In this document: in pieces, positions 19,089 through 28,176 of the stretch
Layout of the letters: every line of letters begins with the position of its first letter
How positions within the stretch are numbered: position 1 is the stretch's first letter
From: Bacteroidota bacterium
Lineage (GTDB): Bacteria > Bacteroidota > Ignavibacteria > Kapaibacteriales > UBA2268
NCBI GenBank assembly: GCA_024280675.1
Contig: JAJRPT010000117.1
Span: forward strand, 1 to 48,209
Reading direction: 5' to 3'
DNA: 48,209 bases
The notes under the pieces: model-generated
What the model saw: the letters and a program-made list of their open reading frames with translations, nothing else
What the model was told of the DNA's origin: nothing
Databases searched by the model: none
Program-made: the position numbers and the translations under genes

Positions 19089-20264
19089 TTATTCTGAAAT
19101 ATACTTGAGCTTATTTCTAAGATCCCTCAAATTATCGCCTATTAGGATAATGAGTATAACAAAGGCAAAGCTACCAAAAAAAGCACCCAAGACTAAGACA
19201 CTTCTCTTGGGTCTATCTTTTTTGTCGGCAACAAGTGCTTCATCGACCACATAAAGGTTCTTAATATTTTTACTAACATCCAGCTTAGCTTTTTCAAGCA
19301 CTGGAAGCAATATAGCCTTGACTTTTGAATATGTTTCAAAATCTACAAACAATCGAGCATATTCGAGTGCAACCCCAGAACCTTCATCGAGCGAGAAATT
19401 CCCAGCAAATCCTGGTTTGCTTTGAGCATTTGCTATACTTTTCTTTAATTCTGCAACAATTTGAGTATAATACATGGTTTCCTGAGCATTTTCTCCATAG
19501 ATGGAAGAGCTTAGCCCAAGCATAGTTTGAGCCGTGAATTCTTTAGCCTTTAGTTCGGAGAGAACCTTGCTAACACCTTTTGCTTGCTCTTCAAAAGAAA
19601 GTATCCCATATTTTCTGCTAAAAGATTTTAGCGAATCAGAAACTAAAATAAGTCCATCATTTATGAATTTAATTCTTTTTTCCATATAGGTAAGATTAAA
19701 TTTAGATTCTTCACGAGAGAGCTTGAGCGATAAATCATTAGCAAACATCACAAAATCATTAACCATATCACGAGCCCTCACAGGATCTGTATCCCATATC
19801 GAGATTGTAAAGTTCCCTTCTTCTTCCAGCGTGATATCGAGATTCCCATAAAATGCTTTTCGTACTTTACTCATAAGAGTATCGGGTATCTCATAAACTT
19901 CAGCTAAATTATGCTTGCCAATAATGGAATCCACCACAGTCCTTGAAGACAGAATAACCATATAGCTGTAACCCTCCTCGGCACCTCCACCAAGCTTTCC
20001 CAGACCAAACTGTTTCAGAGCCGAGCCAATGGAGGAGATTGTACCCTCAAGTGCTGATTCACCTCCTTGGGGCGGCACAAGATTAGCCGTGGACTTAAAG
20101 TACACATCCATAACAAAGAGCGAATAAACGGCGGTAATGACTGCCGAAAGAAAGGAAACAGAAATTATCAGTATTTTCCTCCTCCATAATCTAGAGAAGA
20201 ATAAAAGCCCAAGTGAGGTTTCACCACTGGCATTTTCTTTTGTTTTTGTGTTATTATTTTCCAT
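19089..20264 (-). CDS. polysaccharide chain-length determinant (Wzz/GumC-like) protein
   Basis: 391 aa with an N-terminal TM helix (ILIISVSFLSAVITAVYSLFV), a long helical periplasmic region and a C-terminal TM helix (VLVLGAFFGSFAFVILIILIG). This is the PCP topology. Confidence 0.65.
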   Translation of the reverse strand: MENNNTKTKENASGETSLGLLFFSRLWRRKILIISVSFLSAVITAVYSLFVMDVYFKSTANLVPPQGGESALEGTISSIGSALKQFGLGKLGGGAEEGYSYMVILSSRTVVDSIIGKHNLAEVYEIPDTLMSKVRKAFYGNLDITLEEEGNFTISIWDTDPVRARDMVNDFVMFANDLSLKLSREESKFNLTYMEKRIKFINDGLILVSDSLKSFSRKYGILSFEEQAKGVSKVLSELKAKEFTAQTMLGLSSSIYGENAQETMYYTQIVAELKKSIANAQSKPGFAGNFSLDEGSGVALEYARLFVDFETYSKVKAILLPVLEKAKLDVSKNIKNLYVVDEALVADKKDRPKRSVLVLGAFFGSFAFVILIILIGDNLRDLRNKLKYISE

Positions 20265-20265
20265 A

Positions 20266-22032
20266 TTATTTTAATTTACTTATTGGATTTTTAACTACTG
20301 GTGTTTTTGTAAAATCTTTTTCATACATAATCATTTCAAAATCTTCCAAGAGATACTCTGGGGTGATGATGGCAGCACCCACAAACTGTGACCCTCCAGA
20401 AACAAAAGAAGAAATCACCGCTCGCCCAAGATAATTATAGGCAACCGCCTCATCACCAGTCAAAACAATATCACGGAAAGATCTTACATTCACATTTTTC
20501 CCTATCAAGCCACGAGTAACTTCTTCTTTTCCGTCAGTGTATATTTTCGTTAAGCGGGTTGGTGTAAAGCTAGATTTGGAATCCATAAATGGAAATAGTG
20601 TGGGATTTGATTTGTACAAAGTTGTGGCAAAGACATTTGGATTCATAATTCTTTCGACAATTATTCCATAGTCGAGCAAGCGTTCTTTGCATATTTCTAT
20701 TAGTTTCTTTTTCAAGCTATCCCGGGAAACACCACTTTGATTGCTTGTAACTTTAATATTAGAAATCATGGCGGCTCCCTCTCTTTTGTGGGCATTTGAT
20801 TTCATCACTTTTTTTGTTGGGACTCGGCTTGAGAGTAGGTTTTTCAAGTATCCGCCTTCGACAAGTGAGACCGAATCAGGAATCAGCCCATCGTCATCAA
20901 TTTCATAATTTCCAAGCAGTTCCGTATTTCTAAATTTTTTCATATTAGGCAATGCCGCAATCGAGAGGAATTCTGGCAAAACTTTCCCACCAATTTTTCT
21001 TTGAAATGCGAGCGAATTATTTCCCGTGGAGAATCCACCTTCGGAGATTGCCTCCCTTTGTGCAACCAAATTCGGCAAGAAAAACTGTGCCATAAGCTCC
21101 GAGGGAGAATTGCCCAAGAACAAGACAGGACCATTGTAATCGTCCTCTATTGCTTGGGCGTGATAGCTTGCCGAAAGTCTTTGAGCCAACCTTTTTGCTT
21201 GCGTGTACATTTGCCCGCTTGGAGGCAGATTCTCTGGATCTTTGCTAAATGCAGTATAAAAATCTCCAAGTGGCATACCGTCCTTGGCCTTAGTTGTTGC
21301 CACTACTTCTAGTCCCGTGTAGTAGGAATCGGAGCGAAAGGAAGTACCTTCCGAATTCATATAATAGACCGATTTGGGGATAAACTCAATCAAGGCCACA
21401 GACGAATTAATCACTGGGTATTTTACAAAAACAGAAGATATTTTCTTTAACAATTTTCTAAATTTAGCAGTATCTAGTTTTGGAACATCTTTGGTAAAAT
21501 TATGCTCAGAGGCTTCTGCGGTTAAGAAATCTGGAGTGGTATCCCGCCTTATTTTATTTTTAAGTGCCGCAATTTTCTTTGAATAAAGTTCTGCCGATTG
21601 CTTAAAGGCAGCGTCTGTGGCAAGCCATAGTTCCCGTCTCAGATAATCATAATCTGGTTCAAAGGAGACCAACCTATTTTTAAATCTTTGCTCATCATCG
21701 GATGAGCCAAAGAAATTTAGCCCCACATCAAAGAAGTTGCTATTGTCGAATTTATAATCACCAACCCTCACATTAACACTAAGTCTGGCGTATTTGTTTG
21801 CCGATTCCGAAACGATTGAACCAAGCGAAGTCTCGAGCGAATATGGGCTTAATATTTCTAGTTTATATTCAATGAAATAAACATTTTGTAATCCGTCGAT
21901 TTTTAGTTCAGAGATCGAGCGATTCATCTCGTCTTTCATTGCACCAAAAATTGATTCACCAGAGACTACACTAGCTTTTACAGAGAAGCCCAAAGACAAC
22001 AGCCAGATTATTAAAATGCAGTAGGTTTTCAT
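20266..22032 (-). CDS. exported TldD/PmbA-family protein lacking the HExxxH motif (PmbA/TldE-like partner)
   Basis: Paralogous in length and C-terminal pattern to the upstream TldD-like gene. It has signal peptide MKTYCILIIWLLSLGFSVKA. I prefer ATG 22032, just after the upstream stop, over the track start at 22056. Confidence 0.6.
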   Translation of the reverse strand: MKTYCILIIWLLSLGFSVKASVVSGESIFGAMKDEMNRSISELKIDGLQNVYFIEYKLEILSPYSLETSLGSIVSESANKYARLSVNVRVGDYKFDNSNFFDVGLNFFGSSDDEQRFKNRLVSFEPDYDYLRRELWLATDAAFKQSAELYSKKIAALKNKIRRDTTPDFLTAEASEHNFTKDVPKLDTAKFRKLLKKISSVFVKYPVINSSVALIEFIPKSVYYMNSEGTSFRSDSYYTGLEVVATTKAKDGMPLGDFYTAFSKDPENLPPSGQMYTQAKRLAQRLSASYHAQAIEDDYNGPVLFLGNSPSELMAQFFLPNLVAQREAISEGGFSTGNNSLAFQRKIGGKVLPEFLSIAALPNMKKFRNTELLGNYEIDDDGLIPDSVSLVEGGYLKNLLSSRVPTKKVMKSNAHKREGAAMISNIKVTSNQSGVSRDSLKKKLIEICKERLLDYGIIVERIMNPNVFATTLYKSNPTLFPFMDSKSSFTPTRLTKIYTDGKEEVTRGLIGKNVNVRSFRDIVLTGDEAVAYNYLGRAVISSFVSGGSQFVGAAIITPEYLLEDFEMIMYEKDFTKTPVVKNPISKLK

Positions 22033-22033
22033 T

Positions 22034-23740
22034 TTAGTTTTTAATTTTATCATCATTTATTTTAATTTTATTTTGTGGAGGAGGCAATAATGGCAATTTG
22101 GCTTGTGATTTTCTTTTTTTCTGAATTTCGATATGCGAGATGAGAAGAGATGGTGAGCAAGCCGATACAGGCACTCCACCAGATTCGGCACCACAAATCC
22201 CATTGAATACACCAAGGTCATCACCGCTTGCCATAATATTTTTGAAAGTAGCAAGTGGTGTTCCGATAAGATCGACACCACGAACAAGTTCATCGGGGCG
22301 ACCATCGGTGAAGACCTTGTAGACAACAAGCGGCATCACATTGAAAGCATTTGGTATTGTCCGGGAGGTGAATGTAAAGCCACCTTGCACCACATCGAAG
22401 AGTAGCCCATATTCTTTATTTTGATTTTTGCATTCTTCAATGAGTTTATCTCTGAGTTCTGCAATGGTCACAGTTTTGTTAGTTTCGACAATAAGATTAG
22501 ATTGGCGTGAGACGGCTTTTCTTCCTTGTTGTCTTCTTCCGTGACCGTTTGAGACTGGGAAATTTTCAATTGGAGAGCGACTCATCAGGAAACTTTTAAA
22601 TTTGCCTGAAACGACGCTGACAACTTTCTGAGATTTTATTCCTTCATCGTCGTATGGATAATAACCTGATAGTTCATTGCCTTGCAACTCTTTTTTGTTT
22701 GGATCAAAGACCACACTGATAAAATCTGGTAGTATTTCTTTGTCCACCATTTTTTTAAACATCTGGCTGGAGTTCGGATCTTTTTCCCTGTGACCTTCAA
22801 CCCGGTGACCAAATATTTCATGGAAGAAAACCCCTGCTGCTTCGCCCGAGAGGATTGCCGGTCCGGAATAAGTTTGAGCAATGGGTGATTGCCTCAACTT
22901 ACTCAGAGTGACGATTAGCCGATCAATATCTTTTGAGATATAATCGATACTGGGCAAATTTTCTGGATGAAAAGAGAAGTAGGAATTATAGAGTGGCAGA
23001 CTCATACCGTCTTCGGCCTTTGTTTTTGCATTGACCATCAGTCTTGCCGCCGCCTGAGTCCATCTCAACTTAGTTCCATCACTACCCACAAAATACTTTG
23101 TTTTATATTCTAGCGAAAGCGAGACTTGAGCAGAGAATATCCAGGGGTGTGCTGAGAATTTAACTGAGAGCTGGTTTAATTTCTCTTCCCATTTTGATTT
23201 ATCAATACTGGGTCGAAGAATTTCCTCACTAATATCGACCACAGTTTTCTCACGACTTAAATCGGCTGAGAGGTCATCTTCTTTTATTTTAACAGCTTTA
23301 TTGGAGAGAGCTTTTTCGTATCTTTGTATAGCTCCTTTGTATTTGTTGTCTGTTGCAAGCCATATTTTTTGCGTGATAGCATCCTTAATATTTTCCAGAG
23401 GCAGATTGACACCCCCACGCGCAGAGCCAAAGTTGAACGATTGCCCACGAATAATGTGAGTATTATCAAAATCATAACTTCCCCCCCTCAAGTCAATATC
23501 TAGCACTCTATTTAGTGCATCTACACTTCGCAAGGTTTTCCCTCCGGTAGAAATAATATTTACAGATTGCACCTCAGTGAGTCCATATCCAATATAATAG
23601 GGTGGCAGAGGTTCGGAGGCAAGCCCATCGAAGTTCCTCTTCAGCTCATCTGAAAGGATATCAAGCAGTTCATCAGATTTAGAATCAAGAGAAAATAAAC
23701 TAAGAACCAGCAAACATAATATTATCATTTTTTTATTCAT
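22034..23740 (-). CDS. exported TldD-family metallopeptidase
   Basis: 568 aa with signal peptide MNKKMIILCLLVLSLFSLDS. It has the TldD-type metal site HEIFGHRVEGH (HExxxH) and a Gly-rich C-terminal region (GICGAESGGVPVS). Confidence 0.7.
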   Translation of the reverse strand: MNKKMIILCLLVLSLFSLDSKSDELLDILSDELKRNFDGLASEPLPPYYIGYGLTEVQSVNIISTGGKTLRSVDALNRVLDIDLRGGSYDFDNTHIIRGQSFNFGSARGGVNLPLENIKDAITQKIWLATDNKYKGAIQRYEKALSNKAVKIKEDDLSADLSREKTVVDISEEILRPSIDKSKWEEKLNQLSVKFSAHPWIFSAQVSLSLEYKTKYFVGSDGTKLRWTQAAARLMVNAKTKAEDGMSLPLYNSYFSFHPENLPSIDYISKDIDRLIVTLSKLRQSPIAQTYSGPAILSGEAAGVFFHEIFGHRVEGHREKDPNSSQMFKKMVDKEILPDFISVVFDPNKKELQGNELSGYYPYDDEGIKSQKVVSVVSGKFKSFLMSRSPIENFPVSNGHGRRQQGRKAVSRQSNLIVETNKTVTIAELRDKLIEECKNQNKEYGLLFDVVQGGFTFTSRTIPNAFNVMPLVVYKVFTDGRPDELVRGVDLIGTPLATFKNIMASGDDLGVFNGICGAESGGVPVSACSPSLLISHIEIQKKRKSQAKLPLLPPPQNKIKINDDKIKN

Positions 23741-24348
23741 TTATCTAAATATCCTTTTTCTTTTATATAGAGATTCTGATCCATTTCATAAAGCCTTGGC
23801 ACGCCCGTTGGAATGTTCATATTTGGTATTTCTTCCTTTGGGATATTTTCTAAATACATTAGCAACGCGCGAAGCGAATTCCCATGAGCGACAATCAATA
23901 TATTTTTTCCATTTTTTAGCAAAGGCTCAATATTATCTTTATAATAGGGGAGAACCCTTTCCTTGGTATCTTTTAGTGATTCTCCATTGGGTGGCGGGAT
24001 GTCAAAGCTTCTTCTCCATATATGGAGTTGATCTTTTCCAAACTTCTCACCAATTTCAGTTTTATTTTGCCCTTGCAAATCGCCGTAATGCCGCTCATTC
24101 AGTGCCTTGTCCCGCAATGTGGGAATTTTCTCAAAACCAGCACCAAGGCAAATTATATTAGCCGTTTCAACCGCACGGATTAGCACCGATGTGAAAAGAT
24201 AATCAAAAGAATATTCTTTTAAGAGTTCGCCAGCTTTCCTTGCCTCATCTTCGCCTTTTTCTGTGAGTTCAATATCCTCCCAACCTGTGAAAATATTAAG
24301 CAAGTTCCATTTTGATTGTCCATGTCGGACGAGTACTAATTTTGGCAT
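23737..24348 (-). CDS. gpmA: 2,3-bisphosphoglycerate-dependent phosphoglycerate mutase (short form)
   Basis: 203 aa with the N-terminal LVRHGQSKWN catalytic motif and a later HGNSLRAL motif. Confidence 0.88.
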   Translation of the reverse strand: MPKLVLVRHGQSKWNLLNIFTGWEDIELTEKGEDEARKAGELLKEYSFDYLFTSVLIRAVETANIICLGAGFEKIPTLRDKALNERHYGDLQGQNKTEIGEKFGKDQLHIWRRSFDIPPPNGESLKDTKERVLPYYKDNIEPLLKNGKNILIVAHGNSLRALLMYLENIPKEEIPNMNIPTGVPRLYEMDQNLYIKEKGYLDK

Positions 24349-24358
24349 TTCTCTATAT

Positions 24359-24768
24359 TTATTTGTTCATACTATTCTGGCAAAGTTCCATCAGCACACC
24401 GCCAGTTGATTTTGGATGTAAAAAAGCAATTAAACTCTGGTGGGCACCATTTCTGGCTTCTTTGTCAATTAAATTAATTCCAATCCCCTCAAGTCTAAGA
24501 AGCTCACCATTTACATCATTTGATTTAAAGCGATGTGATGAATACCTTCGCCTCTTTTGGCAATGAACTTTGCAATGGGCGAGTCATCGCCAGTGGCGGC
24601 GGTCAGTTCAATTTTTACGTCTCCAACCAAGAAGGACGCAATTTCCACCATCTGCTCTTCGACTCTTTCTCTGTGGAGATCTGTAAACTCAAAAACTTTC
24701 TTGTACAAGTCAATACTTTCTTCAATGTCTTTGACTGCAATTCCTATGTGATCGAGCGACTCAATCAT
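24359..24768 (-). CDS. mce: methylmalonyl-CoA epimerase (VOC fold) interrupted by a -1 frame change at 24523-24529
   Basis: The N-terminal 81 aa (HIGIAV...GEGIHHIAL) lie in the track ORF 24511-24768. The -1 frame from 24526 to TAA 24359-24361 gives KSNDVNGELLRLEGIGINLIDKEARNGAHQSLIAFLHPKSTGGVLMELCQ.., the family C-terminal half. Together they make about 136 aa. Confidence 0.75.
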
Positions 24769-25541
24769 TTGTGTGGCAGTATTAGTTCATTATAATATTT
24801 TTCTGCACGTGCTAGTTCTTGGGGTGAGTTAATGCCTTGAAGTTCTTCTATTCCAGCACCACTATGAGCTGAGACGCTCATTCCTTGCCTTAGGAATATT
24901 TCCACAATATCGGTCAGGTAATACTCGCCCTGAGCATTATCGTTCGACACTTTCTCAAGTGCTGAGAATAATTTTTGATTATCGACGAGAAAGACTCCGC
25001 TATTAATTTCTGTAGACTCTAATTCTTTTTCGCTGGCATCTTTTTGTTCAACAATTTTGATAAATTTCCCATTTTCGTCACGAATAATCCTACCATAGCC
25101 ATCGGGATTAGTAGTTATAGCCGATAGAACGGAAAGATCGAGCGAAAGTTCATTATGTTTATTTATTAGAATTGAAAGCGTGTTGGAGCGAAGCAGTGGC
25201 ACATCGCCCAGTAGAATTAGTGTAATCCCGTCAAAATCTTTTAAAATATCCCTACACATATTAACCGCATGCCCAGTTCCCAGTTGCTCATCTTGATAGG
25301 CAAAGCGAGTATTTTGCAGGCTCAATGATTGTGCAAAATCTTTTACTTTTTCTTTCATATACCCGATAACAAAAGTGATGGAGACGGGACGCAGATTGTG
25401 TGCTTGCCCGGCAACATGGGCCAGAAGCTCTTTGCCAGAAAGTCGCACCAGAACTTTTGGCACATCTGGGTTAAGCATTCTTTTTCCCTTGCCAGCAGCA
25501 AGAACTATGACCGAAATTGCTTTGTTTATTTTAATTGGCAT
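24765..25541 (-). CDS. GlmU-like sugar-1-phosphate nucleotidyltransferase (uridyltransferase domain only)
   Basis: 258 aa with VIVLAAGKGKRM, PKVL, QDEQLGTGHAV and LLGDVPLL motifs, as in the GlmU N-terminal domain. No left-handed beta-helix acetyltransferase part follows. Confidence 0.75.
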   Translation of the reverse strand: MPIKINKAISVIVLAAGKGKRMLNPDVPKVLVRLSGKELLAHVAGQAHNLRPVSITFVIGYMKEKVKDFAQSLSLQNTRFAYQDEQLGTGHAVNMCRDILKDFDGITLILLGDVPLLRSNTLSILINKHNELSLDLSVLSAITTNPDGYGRIIRDENGKFIKIVEQKDASEKELESTEINSGVFLVDNQKLFSALEKVSNDNAQGEYYLTDIVEIFLRQGMSVSAHSGAGIEELQGINSPQELARAEKYYNELILPHK

Positions 25542-25548
25542 ATTTTTG
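25521..25548 (+). promoter_or_regulatory. candidate Bacteroidota-type promoter for the NFACT gene
   Basis: TTTG at 25521-25524, a 16-nt spacer, then TATTTTTG at 25541-25548, 53 nt upstream of ATG 25601. This is a motif match only. Confidence 0.3.
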
Positions 25549-25600
25549 TATTTCCTGTTTTTACCTAAGCCTGCAATTTACGAAATAATGAATAATATAA

Positions 25601-27199
25601 ATGATATTACATAATTTCACATTAGAAAAGATTCTATCTCTTTGCTCAGGTCTTATTGGACTTTGCATCGGCGATATATTTTCGCAAGAAAAAGACACAA
25701 TCATCATAAATTTTGAAGGAATGGGCGGTACTTCATTCCTAGAAATTAGTTGTGACGGCAATTATTCTGGCATTTTCCTAAGAGATAATTTTGCAAGGGC
25801 GAAGAAGAACAGCGTAGATCTTTTCCCCTCGCTCACCGGCAAGCATCTTCTGGGCATGGAAATAATAAACAAAGACAGGATCATCAGATTAGAATTCGAG
25901 GGCACGTCACTGTATTTATTTTTATTTGGGCGAGGCACTAGCAGCATTTTATTGGCTGACGAAGACAAGAGAGTTATTGATTCATTTGGTGGAAATAATA
26001 TTATAATTGGAAGTGAGCTTAGTTTACCCGATAAGTTTCACAACAAGAAAGCAAATGCAAATATTTCTGATTTCATAAACGATTATATTTATTTGGGCAA
26101 ACATTATCTAAGACTATTTTTTGTATTGCATCCAGAATATAAGTCATTGATATTAAATGATATGGGCGAAAGAGTTAAAGAAGAAATTAGAAATGATATT
26201 GCTAATTTTAAGAATTTAGTTTTAATGTCGGAGAGTTCATTTTTATACAAAACTCCCAATGGATATTTATTTTCTCTTGTAGAGTTGCCTTTTCTTGACT
26301 CTCCATTTACCGAGCACGAGTCTTTATTTCGTGCAATATCCCTCAAAATATCATTTAGCAAGCGAGACAAAAGATTCAGCTCCCAGTACAAGCCGATTTT
26401 AGCTGACCTATCTCGGCAATTCAAAAGGGCAGAGAAGAATTACGCCTACGCCCTCGAGTATAAATCATCTAGGGAAAGAGAGTCTAAATACCGTCACTTT
26501 GGCGAATTACTTCTTAGCCAAGAAAATCAAAGGCAAGCAGTGGGCAAGAGTATAATTTTAAAGAATTGGGACGGTGTCGAGCAAGAAATCCAGACAGACT
26601 CTAAATTGAATATTTTGCAAAACGCAATGAAATATTTCAAGAAATCCAAAAGAGCAAAACTTGAGGCGGAAAACAAACAGAAAAATCTCTTGAAATTTAA
26701 ACAGAAAAGAGACCTTTGCTTTGCGGCGAAATCGGAAATTGATGAGATTAGCGAATTAAAATCATTGAATAAATTTGTGATAAAATATGAGAAGGTGCTA
26801 AATTTGCATAAAAGTAACGAAGATAAAACCCCTGCTCAGAAGTTTAGGCATTTCAATGTTGAGGGCTGGGATTTCTATGTTGGACGCAATGCCAAGAACA
26901 ATGACGAACTCACCACTGGATTTGCCAAAGCTCGGGACCTTTGGTTTCACGCGCGTGGAGCGAGTGGTTCTCACTGTGTTCTGAGCGTAAACACAAAGGA
27001 GCGAGTTCCCAAAAACATCATCAAAAAATGTGCAGAGATTTCGGCATATTATTCAGGCTCACGAAATGCAAAATACACTCCTGTAATTTATGTGGAGAAA
27101 AAACACGTACGCAAGCCAAAGGGTGCCAACCCAGGCTCAGTATTTGTCTTGCGTGAGGAGGTGATTATGGTCGAGCCAAGGCTTCCTAATATTGACTAA
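25601..27199 (+). CDS. NFACT-family protein (RqcH/FbpA-like ribosome quality control factor) with NFACT-R/DUF814 domain
   Basis: 532 aa with a central coiled-coil region (KRAKLEAENKQKNLLKFKQKRD). The C-terminal GWDFYVGRNAKNNDELTTGFAKARDLWFHARGASGSHCVL matches the DUF814 signature. Confidence 0.72.
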   Translation: MILHNFTLEKILSLCSGLIGLCIGDIFSQEKDTIIINFEGMGGTSFLEISCDGNYSGIFLRDNFARAKKNSVDLFPSLTGKHLLGMEIINKDRIIRLEFEGTSLYLFLFGRGTSSILLADEDKRVIDSFGGNNIIIGSELSLPDKFHNKKANANISDFINDYIYLGKHYLRLFFVLHPEYKSLILNDMGERVKEEIRNDIANFKNLVLMSESSFLYKTPNGYLFSLVELPFLDSPFTEHESLFRAISLKISFSKRDKRFSSQYKPILADLSRQFKRAEKNYAYALEYKSSRERESKYRHFGELLLSQENQRQAVGKSIILKNWDGVEQEIQTDSKLNILQNAMKYFKKSKRAKLEAENKQKNLLKFKQKRDLCFAAKSEIDEISELKSLNKFVIKYEKVLNLHKSNEDKTPAQKFRHFNVEGWDFYVGRNAKNNDELTTGFAKARDLWFHARGASGSHCVLSVNTKERVPKNIIKKCAEISAYYSGSRNAKYTPVIYVEKKHVRKPKGANPGSVFVLREEVIMVEPRLPNID

Positions 27200-27245
27200 A
27201 ATATTAACTAAAGATAAAAAGACTCAAGCCGTATCTACTTTTTTT

Positions 27246-27563
27246 TCATTCGTCGTATGAATAGCTTGCAAGTTTTTTTGCAAATATTTTAAATTTATTT
27301 CCCAGCAGAGAATTTGCCAGCTTGTCATCGGAGTCGATTAATTTAATTGTCCATTTAGAGATTGCCTCCACATTTGGTTTATTCTCAGAGAAGACCAAGA
27401 GAAACTCTTGAATTTTAAGATATTCTTTAATCAGCAAATCCAAAGAGGGTGATTTCTTGTATTTTTGTCTTTCCACAAGAGAGGCTCTGAGCAAAATATT
27501 AATTTCGATTGCAATTTGTATATTTTCGTTGGCCATAATAAACTCAGAACATATTTTGAACAT
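27246..27563 (-). CDS. hypothetical small helical protein (last gene of the 27-32 kb module)
   Basis: 105-aa ORF overlapping the rhomboid gene end by 20 nt. The alternative start at ATG 27536 leaves a 7-nt gap. No motif is recognised. Confidence 0.45.
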   Translation of the reverse strand: MFKICSEFIMANENIQIAIEINILLRASLVERQKYKKSPSLDLLIKEYLKIQEFLLVFSENKPNVEAISKWTIKLIDSDDKLANSLLGNKFKIFAKKLASYSYDE

Positions 27564-28158
27564 TAGTTAAGAAAAACTCAACTATCCCAGGTAGCAATAT
27601 AACAGTAATTACAATACCAGCCAAAGCTCCCCACAAGTGAGCCGAGTGATTGATATTATCTTGTGCATTACGAGCCGCATACCAGCACCAAACTAAGTAG
27701 AGAAGAGCAAATATTGGTGCGGGGATTCCAATGGGAAATATCATAAGATGTATCTTGCTAGTTGGCACAAAAAGTATGGCAGAGAAAAGCACACCAGCTA
27801 TTGCGCCCGATGCCCCTAGGCTATGGTAGCTTGGGTCATCTTTGTGTTTTATGAGCGATGGGATGTCGGCAATAATAAGCGAGCCGAGGTAAATTATTAG
27901 GAAATTGAGCGAACCCGCCATTTGTTCTAATTTGAATGCAAAGAAGAAAAATGTCATCATATTGAACATCAGATGAAAAAGGTCGGCATGAATAAAACCA
28001 GAGCTAATCAGATTATACCAGCGATTTTTCCTAAAAACAGAATATGGGTGAAGCAGAAATCTGTCAAAAGTCTGAGGCGAGCGGTATATTGCATTGAGGC
28101 TAATGGCAATAGTCAGCACGAAAATAATTGTTGAGACTGGAGAGTTTACTAGATCCAT
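27544..28158 (-). CDS. rhomboid-family intramembrane serine protease
   Basis: 204 aa with six hydrophobic helices. Motifs are HADLFHLMFN (HxxxxHxxxN), catalytic GASGAIAGV (GxSG) and a downstream HLWGALAG histidine. Confidence 0.88.
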   Translation of the reverse strand: MDLVNSPVSTIIFVLTIAISLNAIYRSPQTFDRFLLHPYSVFRKNRWYNLISSGFIHADLFHLMFNMMTFFFFAFKLEQMAGSLNFLIIYLGSLIIADIPSLIKHKDDPSYHSLGASGAIAGVLFSAILFVPTSKIHLMIFPIGIPAPIFALLYLVWCWYAARNAQDNINHSAHLWGALAGIVITVILLPGIVEFFLTNVQNMF

Positions 28159-28176
28159 AAAGTTTGTTTTAGTTTG

